From Escherichia coli (lineage in GTDB: Bacteria; Pseudomonadota; Gammaproteobacteria; Enterobacterales; Enterobacteriaceae): a stretch of DNA of 64,000 nucleotides. The translations under genes and the position numbers were made by a program. The stretch's first letter is position 1, and each line of letters opens with the position of its first letter. The stretch lies in NCBI RefSeq assembly GCF_003790525.1, contig NZ_CP033635.1; one strand, given 5' to 3'. Of the stretch, positions 22,551 to 35,961 are shown one piece after another. Below the pieces are notes generated by a model, which was not told where the DNA came from, did no database searches, and saw only the letters and a list, made by a program, of their open reading frames with translations.

Positions 22551-23426
22551 ATGGCAGATTTAGACGATATTAAAGATGGTAAGGATTTTCGTACCGATCA
22601 ACCGCAACAAAATATCCCTTTTACCCTGAAAGGTTGCGGTGCACTGGATTGGGGAATGCAGTCACGCTTATCGCGGATATTTAATTCGAAAACGGGTAAA
22701 ACCGTGATGCTGGCTTTTGATCATGGTTATTTTCAGGGGCCGACTACCGGACTTGAACGCATTGATATAAGTATCGCCCCGCTGTTTGAACATGCCGATG
22801 TATTAATGTGTACGCGCGGCATTTTGCGCAGCGTAGTCCCCCCTGCGACCAATAAGCCGGTGGTACTGCGGGCGTCTGGTGCGAACTCTATTCTGGCGGA
22901 ATTAAGTAATGAAGCCGTGGCGTTATCGATGGATGACGCCGTGCGCCTGAACAGTTGCGCGGTGGCGGCGCAGGTTTATATCGGCAGCGAATATGAACAT
23001 CAGTCGATCAAAAATATTATTCAGCTGGTCGATGCCGGAATGAAAGTGGGAATGCCGACCATGGCCGTGACAGGCGTGGGCAAAGATATGGTGCGCGATC
23101 AGCGTTATTTCTCGCTCGCGACTCGAATCGCCGCTGAAATGGGGGCGCAAATTATCAAAACCTATTATGTCGATAAAGGTTTTGAACGGATTGTTGCCGG
23201 ATGTCCGGTACCCATTGTTATTGCTGGCGGTAAAAAATTACCGGAGCGCGAGGCGCTGGAAATGTGCTGGCAGGCTATCGATCAGGGCGCTTCTGGTGTG
23301 GATATGGGGCGTAATATTTTCCAGTCTGACCATCCGGTGGCGATGATGAAAGCCGTACAGGCGGTGGTTCACCATAACGAAACGGCTGATCGGGCATATG
23401 AACTCTATCTGAGTGAAAAACAGTAA
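22551..23426 (+). CDS. lsrF: Aldolase-family enzyme acting on phospho-AI-2 derivative
   Basis: 291-aa ORF, DeoC/FbaB-like aldolase family, operon position. Confidence 0.85.
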
Positions 23427-23449
23427 CTGCGGATTTAAGGAGAAGAATT

Positions 23450-23740
23450 ATGCACGTCACACTGGTTGAAATTAACGTTCATGAAGACAAGGTTGACGAG
23501 TTTATCGAAGTTTTTCGCCAGAACCACCTGGGCTCGGTACAGGAAGAAGGCAATTTGCGCTTCGATGTCTTACAGGACCCGGAAGTGAATTCGCGCTTTT
23601 ATATCTACGAAGCTTATAAAGATGAAGACGCAGTGGCGTTCCATAAAACCACGCCCCACTACAAAACCTGTGTCGCGAAACTGGAATCTTTAATGACCGG
23701 GCCGCGTAAAAAACGTCTGTTCAATGGGTTGATGCCGTGA
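23450..23740 (+). CDS. lsrG: Phospho-AI-2 isomerase (antibiotic biosynthesis monooxygenase fold)
   Basis: 96-aa ORF, last gene of lsr operon. Confidence 0.85.
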   Translation: MHVTLVEINVHEDKVDEFIEVFRQNHLGSVQEEGNLRFDVLQDPEVNSRFYIYEAYKDEDAVAFHKTTPHYKTCVAKLESLMTGPRKKRLFNGLMP

Positions 23741-23796
23741 GGCGAATTTATCAATTTTATCTACAATTGGGGTAACGCGCTGACGGGAGTAAAAAA

Positions 23797-24555
23797 ATGT
23801 CTGACTGGAACCCCTCTTTATATCTGCACTTTGCCGCTGAACGATCGCGTCCGGCGGTGGAGCTGCTTGCCAGAGTGCCGCTGGAGAATATCAAATACGT
23901 TGCCGATCTTGGCTGTGGCCCAGGTAACAGCACCGCCCTGCTGCATCAACGTTGGCCTGCGGCCAGGATAACAGGCGTCGACTCATCTCCGGCGATGATT
24001 GCTGAAGCGCGCAGTGCTTTGCCAGACTGCCAGTTCGTGGAAGCAGACATCCGCAACTGGCAACCGGAACAGGCACTCGATCTGATTTTTGCTAATGCCT
24101 CACTGCAATGGCTGCCCGACCACTACGAATTGTTCCCTCATCTGGTTTCTTTACTTAATTCGCATGGTGTGTTGGCAGTACAGATGCCAGATAACTGGCT
24201 AGAGCCAACCCATGTGCTCATGCGCGAAGTCGCCTGGGAACAAAATTATCCGGATCGCGGGCGTGAGCCGCTGGCTGGCGTTCATGCTTACTACGATATT
24301 TTGAGCGAAGCCGGATGTGAGGTCGATATCTGGCGAACCACTTACTATCACCAGATGCCGTCGCACCAGGCGATTATCGATTGGGTGACCGCCACTGGAT
24401 TACGTCCGTGGTTACAGGATCTGACCGAGAGCGAACAGCAGCATTTTCTTACGCGCTACCATCAGATGCTGGAAGAGCAGTATCCACTGCAAGAGAACGG
24501 AGAGATACTGCTGGCATTTCCGCGTCTGTTTATTGTTGCCCGCCGTACGGAGTAA
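23797..24555 (+). CDS. tam: Trans-aconitate 2-methyltransferase
   Basis: 252-aa ORF with SAM-binding motif ([10 protein letters not shown]). Confidence 0.85.
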
Positions 24556-24558
24556 TTA

Positions 24559-25473
24559 TCACGTCAGCTGGTAATGGCGATCGGGAAGAATTTTCGCTGG
24601 AATTTCTGCTTCATCGTTCATCTGTAACAGGTCAATTTCAATAGCGTTGCAGATGGCATCCAGCGGTAAATCATTGTTTTCAGTACCGAAGGGATCTTCC
24701 AGTTCTTCCGCCAGACAATCCAGCGAAATAAAAGTGTAGGAAATCAGCACAGAGATAAAAGGCGTCATGTAATGCAGGTCCACGACCAGCGCAAACGGCA
24801 GCATGATACAAAACAGATACACGGTGCGATGCAAAATCAGGGTGTAGGCAAAGGGAATTGGCGTATAGGCAATGCGCTCGCATCCTGCCAGGACCGCTGA
24901 AATATCATTAAGCCGATCGTTGAGGCTAATAAACAGGATATCTGAAAGTTGTCCATTGCGTCGCTGAACCGCCAACCACTCCCCCATTATTAACAAGATG
25001 CGGTTAGCTGGAGAGTTCGAAGCCAGTACACGCTGAAGATCTTCAGTCTTGAGATAATGAGCCAGCACTTCCGCCTGTGGCTGTTTGCGTAATGTCATGC
25101 GTAAACAGTGGGCGAAGGCGATTTGCAGCCGGGCAAACTCCCTTACACTTGCCGAATCCGGTAATGTCGTTTTTACCTCGCGCAGTAACGACCGCGAGGC
25201 AATCATCAACTGCCCCCAAAGTTTTCGCGCTTCAACGTAACGCGCGTACCCGGCATTATTACGAAAACCAAGAAAAATGGCGATGGCGACACCGAGAATG
25301 CTGAACGGTGCGAGGGTGAATTTAATGCCCAAATGCGTGTACCTGGGCAGCATGAAAATAACAGCGATCGAAAAGAGAAAATTGAGTAGTAAGCGCGAGG
25401 ATATCTTGGATAATACTGAACCGTGCCAGACAAAAATACGGCGCAGCCAGTGTTGTTGTGGACGAACAATCAT
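24559..25473 (-). CDS. yneE: Bestrophin-family membrane protein
   Basis: ORF with multiple TM segments; start placed at internal ATG giving 304 aa (MIVRPQQHWLRR...). Confidence 0.75.
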   Translation of the reverse strand: MIVRPQQHWLRRIFVWHGSVLSKISSRLLLNFLFSIAVIFMLPRYTHLGIKFTLAPFSILGVAIAIFLGFRNNAGYARYVEARKLWGQLMIASRSLLREVKTTLPDSASVREFARLQIAFAHCLRMTLRKQPQAEVLAHYLKTEDLQRVLASNSPANRILLIMGEWLAVQRRNGQLSDILFISLNDRLNDISAVLAGCERIAYTPIPFAYTLILHRTVYLFCIMLPFALVVDLHYMTPFISVLISYTFISLDCLAEELEDPFGTENNDLPLDAICNAIEIDLLQMNDEAEIPAKILPDRHYQLT

Positions 25474-25631
25474 GGTTATCTTCAGGCGTGGAAAAGTCGC
25501 CCTATTAAACGTGATTACGATCACATTCTCAAGACACTACTTACAAATTACCTACAAGCTTACAACATTTACAGGTGTGGCATATGGCACCCGTTAATGA
25601 TAAAGGCACATAGGATGTTGTAACTAATATA

Positions 25632-25662
25632 GTGAAATAAGAAACCCGGTCGAAACCGGGTT
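25632..25662 (-). terminator. Stem-loop downstream of uxaB
   Basis: AACCCGGT-cgaa-ACCGGGTT hairpin followed on minus strand by T-rich tract, directly after uxaB stop. Confidence 0.5.
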
Positions 25663-25669
25663 CAGAGTA

Positions 25670-27121
25670 TTAGCACAACGGACGTACAGCTTCGCGCATT
25701 CCTTTTTCGAGAATCGCATCCAGGTCATTAGCCACCTGCTCGACCAGACCAGGCACTTGCGTCAGGTCCTGCTCCCAGTGGTCTTTTTCAGCCAACACAA
25801 TAGCAACCAGTTCCTGGGTGCCGATAACACGGTCACGATGCTGGCTCCAGAGTTGCTGATAACGTTCCAGCCAGTGGGCATCGTCCTGTACCGGATATGT
25901 TTCTCCATTACGCTCACCGCGATAGAACGCAATCAATGCTGCTAATGCGAAAGTAAGGCGCGCCGGAAGTGTGCCGTTTGCCTTCTGCCCTGCCAGCAGC
26001 TGCGGCAGGATACGGGTGCGGAACTTGGTCATACCGTTAAGCGCGATAGACAGCAGCTGATGCTTAATGTACGGATTACGGAAACGTCCGGTGACTGCAC
26101 TGGCGAAAGATTCCAGTTCATCACGAGGCAAATCCAGTACCGGAATAATCTCTTCGTAGATGGCTTTTTCAACGAATGCACAAATTTCAGCATCGTTCAT
26201 CGCTTCACCTACGGTATCCAGCCCTGCCTGGAACGCCACCGGCACCAGCGCGGTGTGCGCACCGTTGAGTATTGCCACTTTGCGTTCTTTATACGGTTTA
26301 ATATCGTCAACAATCAGCACGTTGAGCGGATATTTGTCCAGACGCAGTTCAGTCGCTAAGGATTTCGGCCCCTGAATCACAAACAGGTAAAAGTGTTCAG
26401 CGGTGTCGAGGAAACCATCGTGATAACCCAGTTCTTCTTCCAGTTTAGCCACTTCATCACGCGGATAGCCGGTAACGATACGGTCCACCAGCGTAGAACA
26501 GAAGCTGTTAGCCTGATCCAGCCATTGAATAAATGCTTCTGGCAGTGCCCACTCTTGCGCATAGCGCAGCACCAGTTCACGCAACGCGTCGCCATTGTAG
26601 TCGATCAACTCACACGGGATGATGATCCAACCTTTATCCAGCGCACCGTTGAAATGGCTAAAACGTTCGAACAGCAGACGGGTCAGTTTTGCCGGATAAC
26701 TTACCGCTGGCGCGTCATCGAATTTATCGCCCGCATGGTAGCTGATACCCGCTTCGGTGGTGTTAGAGAAAACAAAGCGCATTTCCGGGTTGTGCGCCAG
26801 TTTCAGGAATTCATCGTATTCACTGTAGACGCTGATTTCACGATTAACAGAGCGAATCAGACGCGCGTCGCTGACCGCTTCCCCCTTCTCGTTCAGACCA
26901 CGGATAATGGTGGTGTACAGACCGTCCTGCGTGCTCAGTGACGGCGGGAATGAAGTTTCAATCGGACGAACAACGACCACGCCAGAATTCAGATCGGTGT
27001 GCTCATTCAGGAGATCGATTTGCCAGTCAACAAAGGCGCGCAGGAAGTTACCTTCACCAAACTGAATGATACGTTCTGGATACTGTGCACCGGGAAAATC
27101 GCGACGATTTAGTGTTTTCAC
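25670..27121 (-). CDS. uxaB: Altronate oxidoreductase (mannitol dehydrogenase family)
   Basis: 483-aa ORF, long-chain mannitol dehydrogenase family. Confidence 0.9.
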   Translation of the reverse strand: MKTLNRRDFPGAQYPERIIQFGEGNFLRAFVDWQIDLLNEHTDLNSGVVVVRPIETSFPPSLSTQDGLYTTIIRGLNEKGEAVSDARLIRSVNREISVYSEYDEFLKLAHNPEMRFVFSNTTEAGISYHAGDKFDDAPAVSYPAKLTRLLFERFSHFNGALDKGWIIIPCELIDYNGDALRELVLRYAQEWALPEAFIQWLDQANSFCSTLVDRIVTGYPRDEVAKLEEELGYHDGFLDTAEHFYLFVIQGPKSLATELRLDKYPLNVLIVDDIKPYKERKVAILNGAHTALVPVAFQAGLDTVGEAMNDAEICAFVEKAIYEEIIPVLDLPRDELESFASAVTGRFRNPYIKHQLLSIALNGMTKFRTRILPQLLAGQKANGTLPARLTFALAALIAFYRGERNGETYPVQDDAHWLERYQQLWSQHRDRVIGTQELVAIVLAEKDHWEQDLTQVPGLVEQVANDLDAILEKGMREAVRPLC

Positions 27122-27348
27122 AATGGGTTCCCTTCTGATTAGTCATACAACCTGTTTGAATTGGTACGACAGGTTAGCAAACTTTAATACGCCGAACCCC
27201 TGTTTTGATCAACTCCTGATGATTAATGAGCAGTTTTATGAGAAAAGTGTGGCGCGGATCATGGTTTAATCGAGGAACTACGCCTTTTATTCGCTCAATA
27301 AAGTGGTAGAACACATTCCATTTAAATCGCTGTGAATGAATAAAGATG

Positions 27349-28767
27349 TCAGACAACTTCCTCACCGTAACGCATAGTGCTGGTACGGTTGCGCCCATCT
27401 TTCTTCGAGCGATACAGACATGTATCGGCTTCGACCATCAATTTATTAAAGTCATCGGTCAGCGTTCGGTACGATGCGCAACCACTACCGACGCCAATAC
27501 TTACCGTGAGATAAAGCGTTTTTTGTTGCCAGGTGAACGGTTGCAGTTCAACGCCTTTACGGATTTTTTCCGCCATTAGCAGACCATCTACAGGATTCAC
27601 CGATGGCACTGCAACAGCAAATTCCTCGCCGCCCATTCGCGCCACCAGCCCCTTATCACCGACAATCTTCTGAATATGCTGGGCAAACACGCTTAACACT
27701 TTATCGCCACATTCATGTCCATAGTTATCGTTAATGCTTTTGAAATAGTCGATATCAAGCAGCATGACAGTCAGATGTTGTGTCTGTTTCAGCGATGGAC
27801 TTTTCAGCGCCTCATAAAGACCGGACCGTGAGTAAACCTGAGTCAGAAAATCAAAGTCGGCTCGCAGCGCAACTTGCTTCATTAGCGAATTGATCGCTGC
27901 CACGCTAAAAGAAACCATAATTGGGCATATCGCCATCGTGGCAATACCGAGACGTGCGGAGAACATTTCTGGAATGGAGAATGGCGAACCGACCGAGATA
28001 TCAATCACCGAATTTGCCACCAGTACGATTTCCACCGCACCGGTGACAAAGGTCAACAGACATGTTACCTGCGGCGTATAGCGCACTGCACACCAGATTA
28101 ATGCAGGGAGCGGAAACGCCAGACTCCCCGCTCCGCCAATGACTACCGAGGCAATAACCGACACAATAAGCGCGATAGCAGGCATCATCTGCTCTGCTTT
28201 AAAGCGCGGCAGTACTCCAGGAATTGCCAACGTCAGCATACAAGGCACGATCAACACGCCCGTTGAGAATTGCTCACTGAACCAGTCGGCAAGCAAAGGC
28301 CAGAAATCCAGACTATCAATACTGACCGAACCAATCGCCCCGACAATAGCGCATAATAATGCGGCAATCAGACAGTAATTAAATAGCCGTAAGGCACTTA
28401 CTGGCTCATACTTATTTTTCCCCAGACGCTTATCCCGCGCGACCAGTAAGGCGACGGTAACAATAAACATCATATTGGAGAAATTGATAGCCAGTGAAAC
28501 CAGCCCCCATTCGGTGGTTATGGCATCATAAACCAGCATCGCCACATAACTGATCGCATAGTAATGCAGTCGATTAAGCCAGACATAGCGGGCAAACACC
28601 CCCGCCATTACGCCATTCAGCGGCCAGAAAAGAGAAAGTTCGTGAACCAGCCGTAACTCTGCACCAATAAAATAGAACAGCGTGGTTAGCACAAAAATAG
28701 CGATGCTATTACGTAGCAGATGACCTTCCTGGAACAAACGGAAAGTTGAAATGGGCTGTACATGCAT
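27349..28767 (-). CDS. dgcF: Membrane-anchored diguanylate cyclase (GGDEF domain)
   Basis: 472-aa ORF: N-terminal polytopic membrane domain plus GGDEF domain with RMGGEEF active-site motif. Confidence 0.8.
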   Translation of the reverse strand: MHVQPISTFRLFQEGHLLRNSIAIFVLTTLFYFIGAELRLVHELSLFWPLNGVMAGVFARYVWLNRLHYYAISYVAMLVYDAITTEWGLVSLAINFSNMMFIVTVALLVARDKRLGKNKYEPVSALRLFNYCLIAALLCAIVGAIGSVSIDSLDFWPLLADWFSEQFSTGVLIVPCMLTLAIPGVLPRFKAEQMMPAIALIVSVIASVVIGGAGSLAFPLPALIWCAVRYTPQVTCLLTFVTGAVEIVLVANSVIDISVGSPFSIPEMFSARLGIATMAICPIMVSFSVAAINSLMKQVALRADFDFLTQVYSRSGLYEALKSPSLKQTQHLTVMLLDIDYFKSINDNYGHECGDKVLSVFAQHIQKIVGDKGLVARMGGEEFAVAVPSVNPVDGLLMAEKIRKGVELQPFTWQQKTLYLTVSIGVGSGCASYRTLTDDFNKLMVEADTCLYRSKKDGRNRTSTMRYGEEVV

Positions 28768-28905
28768 TAATTATCTGTCCATACAATTGCGGGTGGCAAT
28801 TATCTCAACGCAATAAGTAAATTCTTAGAAAGGATAGCATGTTCGCTGACAACGGCGGCAACTAAAGATACCTAATGAATGCCATTTTATCGATTTCCGT
28901 AATTA

Positions 28906-29265
28906 TCATGGCTGATTCATCTGTATAACCAACCAGTGATAGATTACCGCCACGATATAACGTTGTTGTTCTTCGCTTAACGAAACACCCTGCGGAATGT
29001 TATGCCACTTAGCCAGACAACCGCGACAACAGGTTGCAGTGGCGTGCTGAGCGATAAACACCGGATGCCCGCGCATGGGGGTTTGCTTACCGTCATTAGC
29101 CGGTAATGCCGGAGCAAGACGTTTAGCGACAAAATCTGCCGCATGTTGTTCAATGACTGGCGCGCCTTTCTCCAGACAATACTGACGCTCTTTCACACCC
29201 AAACGAAAGCGAGAGCGAAATTTTGAACGGGATAAACGCGCGAAGAGTGGATCGAGAGACTGCAT
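28906..29265 (-). CDS. yneG: Small conserved protein of unknown function
   Basis: 119-aa ORF; stop/start junction with glsB at 29265. Confidence 0.7.
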   Translation of the reverse strand: MQSLDPLFARLSRSKFRSRFRLGVKERQYCLEKGAPVIEQHAADFVAKRLAPALPANDGKQTPMRGHPVFIAQHATATCCRGCLAKWHNIPQGVSLSEEQQRYIVAVIYHWLVIQMNQP

Positions 29266-30191
29266 TAATAAACTGAACGCCCTAATTGTTTCGTCAATTG
29301 TTCAAGGACAGCAATGCCCGCAAGCGAGTTACCGGCATCATCCAGTTCCGGGCTCCAGACTGCGATGGCCATTTCATGCGGAACAATCGCCACAATACCG
29401 CCACCAACGCCAGATTTTGCCGGTAGTCCCACCCGCCAGGCAAACTCCCCCGCGTTCTGGTACATACCACTGGTCGCCATCAGCGCGTTAATTTGCCGCG
29501 CCTGCATTGGCGTCACCACAGGTTCATCAATATGAATAGCTTTCCCCTGATTAGCCAGAAAGACAAATGTCCGGGCCAGCTCTACGCAGCTCATTTTCAA
29601 GGCGCAATAGTGGAAATAGTTTTGCAGAACGGTTGTCACATCATGATGGAAATTGCCAAACGACTTCATCAGCCAGGCGATAGCCGCATTTCGCGCGGAA
29701 TGTTCAAATTCGGAACGCGCTACCACCGTATCGTAGGAAATATCAGACACACCACTTAAGCCGCGCACGACTTCCAGCATACGTTGCCGAGGTGCGCTTA
29801 ATCGCCCTTGCAACATATCGCAGACCACCAGCGCACCGGCATTAATAAACGGATTACGCGGAATACCCTGCTCCATTTCCAGTTGCACTAAAGAATTGAA
29901 CGGTGATCCAGACGGATCTTTGCCGACGCGTTGCCAGATTTCCTCTTCGGAGTAATGACGCATGGCGACAACGAGACTCAGCACTTTGGAAATAGACTGA
30001 ATGGAAAAACGTTCTTGCGCGTCTCCGGCCTGAAAAAGCTGTCCGTCAACGGTACAGATAGCAATCCCCAATCGGGAACCGTCTACCGTAGCCAGCGCCG
30101 GAATATAATCCGCGACTTTACCCTGACCAATGAGCGGCCGCACTTGCCGCAAGATGTTTTCTAAAATTGCATTATCCATGGCGACTGCCAC
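29265..30191 (-). CDS. glsB: Glutaminase 2
   Basis: 308-aa ORF, serine-dependent glutaminase family. Confidence 0.85.
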   Translation of the reverse strand: MAVAMDNAILENILRQVRPLIGQGKVADYIPALATVDGSRLGIAICTVDGQLFQAGDAQERFSIQSISKVLSLVVAMRHYSEEEIWQRVGKDPSGSPFNSLVQLEMEQGIPRNPFINAGALVVCDMLQGRLSAPRQRMLEVVRGLSGVSDISYDTVVARSEFEHSARNAAIAWLMKSFGNFHHDVTTVLQNYFHYCALKMSCVELARTFVFLANQGKAIHIDEPVVTPMQARQINALMATSGMYQNAGEFAWRVGLPAKSGVGGGIVAIVPHEMAIAVWSPELDDAGNSLAGIAVLEQLTKQLGRSVY

Positions 30192-30254
30192 TTTCTACTC
30201 CTGGACCGCAGGTCTGAAAAGACCTGCGAGTATATCAGAGCTGAATATATAGCG

Positions 30255-31643
30255 TCAGACCCGGTCTTTCCACACCGTCTGGATATTACAGAATTCGTGT
30301 AAGCCAAAATGGGAAAGCTCACGACCAAAGCCACTCTTCTTCACACCACCAAAGGCGACTCGCGCGTCGCTGGCACAGTAACCATTGATAAACACCCCAC
30401 CGCATTCCAGACGTGCCGCCATCTGTCTGGCCCGGGTTTCGTCGGTGGTGAAAATGGTCGCTGAAAGGCCGAACTCGCTATTATTAGCCAGTTCCAGTGC
30501 ATGTTCTGCATCTTTCGCAATGGTGATTGCCGCAACGGGGCCAAACATTTCTTCCCGAAACGCGGTCATTTCTGGGGTAACATTCGCCAGAACCGTTGGC
30601 GGATAGTAGTTACCTGCCCCAGCCATCTTTTCCCCGCCCAGTAACAAACGCGCACCCTGCGCCAGGGTTTTCTCCACCTGATGATGCAGCTCATCACGTA
30701 AATCAAAACGAGCCATTGGTCCGAGAGTGTTCTCTTCGTCACGGGGATCGCCCATTTTCAAGGCTGCCGCAGCTGCCACAAAACGTTCGGTAAATGCCGA
30801 AGCAATTCCCTCTTCGATGATAAAGCGTTTTGCCGCTGCACAAACCTGTCCGGTATTCTGATAACGTCCGGCTACCGCCGCTTTAACCGCCAGTTCCAGA
30901 TCGGCATCGTTAAGCACAATAAATGGATCCGAACCGCCCAGTTCCAGTACGCATTTTTTCAGTGCCGCTCCAGCCTGTGCGCCAATAGCCGCTCCCGCAC
31001 GAACACTTCCGGTCACCGTGACAGCAGCAATGCGCGAGTCTTTAATCATCTGACTGACGCCGTCGTTGTCGGCATTCAGCCAGCCATATACGCCTTGTGG
31101 GATACCCGCATCTTTAAACACCTGGGCAATGAGCTGTGCACAGCCCATCACATTCGGCGCATGTTTAAGTAAGTAGCCGTTACCTGCAAGAATGATGGGA
31201 ACCGCGCCACGCATCACCTGCCATAACGGAAAATTCCACGGCATAATCGCCAGAATTGTCCCCAACGGTCGATACTCAATAACTGCCTGCTGATTTTCCA
31301 CCAGCGTAGGTTCCGCCTTCAGCATTGCCGGACCATGTTCTGCATACCAGTCACACAAATTCGCCGATTTCGCCACTTCAGCGCGCGCCTGGTTGATTGG
31401 TTTGCCCATTTCACGGGTGATCATTTGCGCCATTTCTTCGCTACGGACACGCAGAGCCTTACCGATATCACGCAGTTTTTCAGCACGATAATCTATATTT
31501 GTCTCGCGCCAGTCGCGAAAGCCTGCTGCCGCCAGCTGAAGTGCGTTTTCGATATCATCAGCGCCAGCCCACGGCAGCACAGAAAGTTGTTCACCGGTGG
31601 CAGGATTTATCGAAATTGCATGAGTTGCCGGAGTAATGGTCAT
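30255..31643 (-). CDS. sad: NAD-dependent succinate-semialdehyde dehydrogenase
   Basis: 462-aa ORF, aldehyde dehydrogenase family with catalytic Cys/Glu motifs. Confidence 0.85.
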   Translation of the reverse strand: MTITPATHAISINPATGEQLSVLPWAGADDIENALQLAAAGFRDWRETNIDYRAEKLRDIGKALRVRSEEMAQMITREMGKPINQARAEVAKSANLCDWYAEHGPAMLKAEPTLVENQQAVIEYRPLGTILAIMPWNFPLWQVMRGAVPIILAGNGYLLKHAPNVMGCAQLIAQVFKDAGIPQGVYGWLNADNDGVSQMIKDSRIAAVTVTGSVRAGAAIGAQAGAALKKCVLELGGSDPFIVLNDADLELAVKAAVAGRYQNTGQVCAAAKRFIIEEGIASAFTERFVAAAAALKMGDPRDEENTLGPMARFDLRDELHHQVEKTLAQGARLLLGGEKMAGAGNYYPPTVLANVTPEMTAFREEMFGPVAAITIAKDAEHALELANNSEFGLSATIFTTDETRARQMAARLECGGVFINGYCASDARVAFGGVKKSGFGRELSHFGLHEFCNIQTVWKDRV

Positions 31644-31743
31644 CGGGGTATCTCCTTTATGGGTTATGGTAAAAAGATACGCAGATTTACTCTTGCTTGA
31701 AAATGAATAATATTAAGTCACTTATTCACGAATTGAGAATGCC

Positions 31744-32625
31744 ATGGATCTGACCCAACTGGAGATGTTCAACGCGGTTGCCGAAGCTGGCAGCATTACC
31801 CAGGCTGCAGCAAAAGTGCATCGCGTGCCGTCGAATCTCACTACCCGTCTACGCCAGCTGGAAACAGAACTGGGGATTGATCTGTTTATTCGCGAGAATC
31901 AGCGTTTACGTCTCTCACCTGCCGGGCATAACTTTTTACGCTATAGCCAACAAATTCTCGCGTTAGTGGATGAAGCGCGGAGCGTTGTCGCTGGCGATGA
32001 GCCGCAAGGTTTATTTTCTCTTGGTTCGCTGGAAAGCACCGCTGCGGTGCGCATTCCGGTCACGCTGGCGGAATTTAACCGTCGTTATCCCAAAATTCAG
32101 TTTTCACTTTCCACCGGCCCTTCCGGCACTATGCTGGAAGGGGTGCTGGAGGGAAAACTGAATGCAGCGTTTATTGATGGGCCCATTAACCATACTGCCA
32201 TTGACGGGATACCGGTGTACCGCGAGGAGCTGATGATCGTCACGCCACAAGGACATGCGCCAGTAACCCGCGCCAGTCAGGTAAATGGCAGTAACATTTA
32301 TGCCTTCCGCGCCAATTGTTCGTATCGTCGCCACTTCGAGAGCTGGTTTCATGCTGATGGTGCCGCTCCGGGAACTATTCACGAGATGGAGTCGTATCAC
32401 GGGATGTTGGCCTGTGTGGTCGCAGGAGCAGGTATTGCGCTTATTCCGCGCTCTATGCTGGAAAGTATGCCGGGGCATCACCAGGTTGAAGCGTGGCCGT
32501 TAGCTGAGCAATGGCGTTGGTTAACAACCTGGCTGGTCTGGCGTCGCGGTGCGAAAACGCGTCCGCTCGAGGCATTTATTCAACTGCTGGATGTGCCTGA
32601 CTCGGCAAAACAGGGTTACCAATGA
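31744..32625 (+). CDS. yneJ: LysR-family transcriptional regulator
   Basis: 293-aa ORF with N-terminal LysR HTH, divergent from sad. Confidence 0.85.
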   Translation: MDLTQLEMFNAVAEAGSITQAAAKVHRVPSNLTTRLRQLETELGIDLFIRENQRLRLSPAGHNFLRYSQQILALVDEARSVVAGDEPQGLFSLGSLESTAAVRIPVTLAEFNRRYPKIQFSLSTGPSGTMLEGVLEGKLNAAFIDGPINHTAIDGIPVYREELMIVTPQGHAPVTRASQVNGSNIYAFRANCSYRRHFESWFHADGAAPGTIHEMESYHGMLACVVAGAGIALIPRSMLESMPGHHQVEAWPLAEQWRWLTTWLVWRRGAKTRPLEAFIQLLDVPDSAKQGYQ

Positions 32626-32702
32626 GCTATTTTTGATAGTTCTTGCGGCTAATATGCTCTATATAGTGATGTTCCGATGACTTATGACTATATGGAGCAA
32701 AT

Positions 32703-33819
32703 ATGGTTACGCCAGTAAGCATCAGCAATTACATATCTCTTCCTGATGATTTTCCCGTACGTAATATTGCACCGCAGGTAAAAGAAGTTTTAAAGGATTT
32801 CATTGATGCACTTAGTACAATAATATGTGATGAAGAATGGCGCACGTCTTTAAACATCAACTCAGCCACAAAAAAGATATTTAATAACCTTGACAACTTA
32901 TCATATATTCAGAGGACTTCTTTTCGGGGGTAACGACACGCTATACAATGAAAAGGTTCAGTTTAAACTCACTTATCCCGTCAAGAATGGAAGACACAAA
33001 GAAAATATTGAATTTCAGGTAGTAATAAATTTAAGCCCTATTTATTTAGATAATTTCCGCCATGATGGGGAAATTAATATTTTTTGCGCTCCCAACCCAA
33101 AGCCTGTCACTATGGGGCGCGTATTTCAGACCGGCGTCGAGCGTGTGCTCTTTCTTTTTCTGAATGACTTTATAGAACAATTTCCAATAATCAACCCTGG
33201 CGTTCCTATCAAAAGAGCGCATACGCCACATATTGAACCCCTGCATCCGGATCACCATACCGCTGCAGATTACATACGCCAGTTTGATTTGCTTGTCCTG
33301 AATTTTATCTCTCGCGGTAATTTTGTCATACTCCCCCGATTATGGAATAACTCTGAGGTTCACAGATGGTTCGGGAATAAAGAACCTAACTTGCTCACCG
33401 CTATTCTCGACATAACGGACAGCGAATTAAAAGAGGATTTATTGCAAAGTCTGATGGATTCACTAGGTTCTAACAAACATGTACTACCCGAAGTCTGCAT
33501 CTGCTTTTTATCCCTTTTAGCAGAACAAGATTTTCCACATTTTCAGGAGTTGTTTTTATTTTTCGCCAATATGTTATTGCACTATCACCAATTTATGAAT
33601 CCCAATGAAAGTGATTTGATTGACGTGTTGATGCCAGCATCATTAAGTGATGATAAAATTATCAAACATATGGCGCGCAAGACCCTCAAACTTTTTGTAA
33701 AAAATGAAACGCCGCCAAAAGTTACTCATGAAGACCTGGTGAAAAACAGGCCTCGCTCCCCTGTCAGACCACCTATACCCGCAACTGCCAAAACGCCAGA
33801 CCTCCCTGAACGTCATTAA
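32703..33819 (+). pseudogene. yneK: yneK interrupted by a +1 frameshift in a G5 run (32926-32930)
   Basis: Two overlapping track ORFs (32703-32933 and 32890-33819); removing one G joins them into a single 371-codon frame; AT-rich gene. Confidence 0.6.
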
Positions 33820-33968
33820 ACCGTGATGTGAACGACTCTCTGACGCGTGAAAGAATCAGCGTCAGAGAAACGGAAAACGCGATCCAGATCACAAATGCAT
33901 TGTATTCACATCATTAACCGTTTTAAGATCATTTCATCACTTTTTCGCAACTCACCCGATAATCTGTT

Positions 33969-35159
33969 ATGACAACAAACACTGTTTCCCGCAAAGTGGC
34001 GTGGCTACGGGTCGTTACGCTGGCAGTCGCCGCCTTCATCTTCAACACCACCGAATTTGTCCCAGTTGGCCTGCTCTCTGACATTGCGCAAAGTTTTCAC
34101 ATGCAAACCGCTCAGGTCGGCATTATGTTGACCATTTACGCATGGGTAGTAGCGCTAATGTCATTGCCTTTTATGTTAATGACCAGCCAGGTTGAACGGC
34201 GCAAATTACTGATCTGCCTGTTTGTGGTGTTTATTGCCAGCCACGTACTGTCGTTTTTATCGTGGAGTTTTACCGTTCTGGTGATCAGTCGCATTGGTGT
34301 GGCTTTTGCACATGCGATTTTCTGGTCGATTACGGCGTCTCTGGCGATCCGTATGGCTCCGGCCGGGAAGCGAGCACAGGCATTGAGTTTAATTGCCACC
34401 GGTACTGCACTGGCGATGGTCTTAGGTTTACCTCTCGGGCGCATTGTGGGGCAGTATTTCGGTTGGCGAATGACCTTCTTCGCGATTGGTATCGGGGCGC
34501 TTATCACCCTTTTGTGCCTGATTAAGTTACTTCCCTTACTGCCCAGTGAGCATTCCGGTTCGCTGAAAAGCCTCCCGCTATTATTCCGCCGCCCGGCATT
34601 GATGAGCATTTATTTGTTAACTGTGGTAGTTGTCACCGCCCATTACACGGCATACAGCTATATCGAGCCTTTTGTGCAAAACATTGCGGGATTCAGCGCC
34701 AACTTTGCCACGGCATTACTGTTATTACTCGGTGGTGCGGGCATTATTGGCAGCGTGATTTTCGGTAAACTGGGTAATCAGTATGCGTCTACGCTGGTAA
34801 GTACGGCGATTGCGCTGTTGCTGGTGTGCCTGGCACTGCTGCTACCTGCGGCGAACAGTGAAATACACCTCGGGGTGCTGAGTATTTTCTGGGGGATCGC
34901 GATGATGATCATCGGGCTTGGTATGCAGGTTAAAGTGCTGGCGCTGGCACCAGATGCTACCGACGTCGCGATGGCGCTATTCTCCGGGATATTTAATATT
35001 GGAATCGGCGCGGGTGCGTTGGTAGGTAATCAGGTCAGTCTGCACTGGTCAATGTCGATGATTGGTTATGTGGGCGCGGTGCCTGCTTTTGCCGCGTTAA
35101 TATGGTCAATCATCATTTTCCGCCGCTGGCCAGTGACACTCGAAGAACAGACGCAATAG
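33969..35159 (+). CDS. ydeA: MFS sugar (arabinose) efflux transporter
   Basis: 396-aa ORF with 12 predicted TM segments. Confidence 0.85.
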   Translation: MTTNTVSRKVAWLRVVTLAVAAFIFNTTEFVPVGLLSDIAQSFHMQTAQVGIMLTIYAWVVALMSLPFMLMTSQVERRKLLICLFVVFIASHVLSFLSWSFTVLVISRIGVAFAHAIFWSITASLAIRMAPAGKRAQALSLIATGTALAMVLGLPLGRIVGQYFGWRMTFFAIGIGALITLLCLIKLLPLLPSEHSGSLKSLPLLFRRPALMSIYLLTVVVVTAHYTAYSYIEPFVQNIAGFSANFATALLLLLGGAGIIGSVIFGKLGNQYASTLVSTAIALLLVCLALLLPAANSEIHLGVLSIFWGIAMMIIGLGMQVKVLALAPDATDVAMALFSGIFNIGIGAGALVGNQVSLHWSMSMIGYVGAVPAFAALIWSIIIFRRWPVTLEEQTQ

Positions 35160-35183
35160 TTGAAAGGCCCATTCGGGCCTTTT

Positions 35184-35849
35184 TTAGTGGTACGTTTTAA
35201 TGATTTCCAGGATGCCGTTAATAATAAACTGCACCCCCATACATACCAGCAGGAATCCCATCAGACGGGAGATCGCTTCAATGCCCCCCTTACCCACCAG
35301 CCGCATAATTGCGCCAGAGCTGCGTAGACTTCCCCACAAAATAACCGCCACCAGGAAAAAGATCAGCGGCGGCGCAACCATCAGTACCCAATCAGCAAAG
35401 GTTGAACTCTGACGCACTGTGGAGGCCGAGCTAATAATCATCGCTATGGTTCCCGGACCCGCGGTACTTGGCATTGCCAGTGGTACAAAAGCAATATTGG
35501 CGCTGGGTTCATCTTCCAGCTCTTTCGACTTGCTTTTCGCTTCCGGTGAATCAATCGCTTTCTGTTGCGGAAAGAGCATCCGAAAACCGATAAACGCGAC
35601 GATTAAGCCGCCTGCAATTCGCAGACCGGGAATCGAAATGCCAAATGTATCCATCACCAGTTGCCCGGCGTAATACGCCACCATCATGATGGCAAATACG
35701 TACACCGAGGCCATCAACGACTGACGATTACGTTCAGCACTGTTCATGTTGCCTGCCAGGCCAAGAAATAACGCGACAGTTGTTAATGGGTTAGCTAACG
35801 GTAGTAACACCACCAGCCCCAGGCCTATTGCTTTAAACAAATCTAACAT
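35184..35849 (-). CDS. marC: MarC-family inner membrane protein
   Basis: 221-aa ORF divergent from marRAB. Confidence 0.9.
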   Translation of the reverse strand: MLDLFKAIGLGLVVLLPLANPLTTVALFLGLAGNMNSAERNRQSLMASVYVFAIMMVAYYAGQLVMDTFGISIPGLRIAGGLIVAFIGFRMLFPQQKAIDSPEAKSKSKELEDEPSANIAFVPLAMPSTAGPGTIAMIISSASTVRQSSTFADWVLMVAPPLIFFLVAVILWGSLRSSGAIMRLVGKGGIEAISRLMGFLLVCMGVQFIINGILEIIKTYH

Positions 35850-35961
35850 TGGTGGTTGTTATCCTGTGTATCTGGTTTATCAGCGAAAAGTATAAGGGGT
35901 AAACAACGATAAAGTGTCACTCTTTAGCTAACCTTGCATCGCATTGACCAAAACTTGAACC

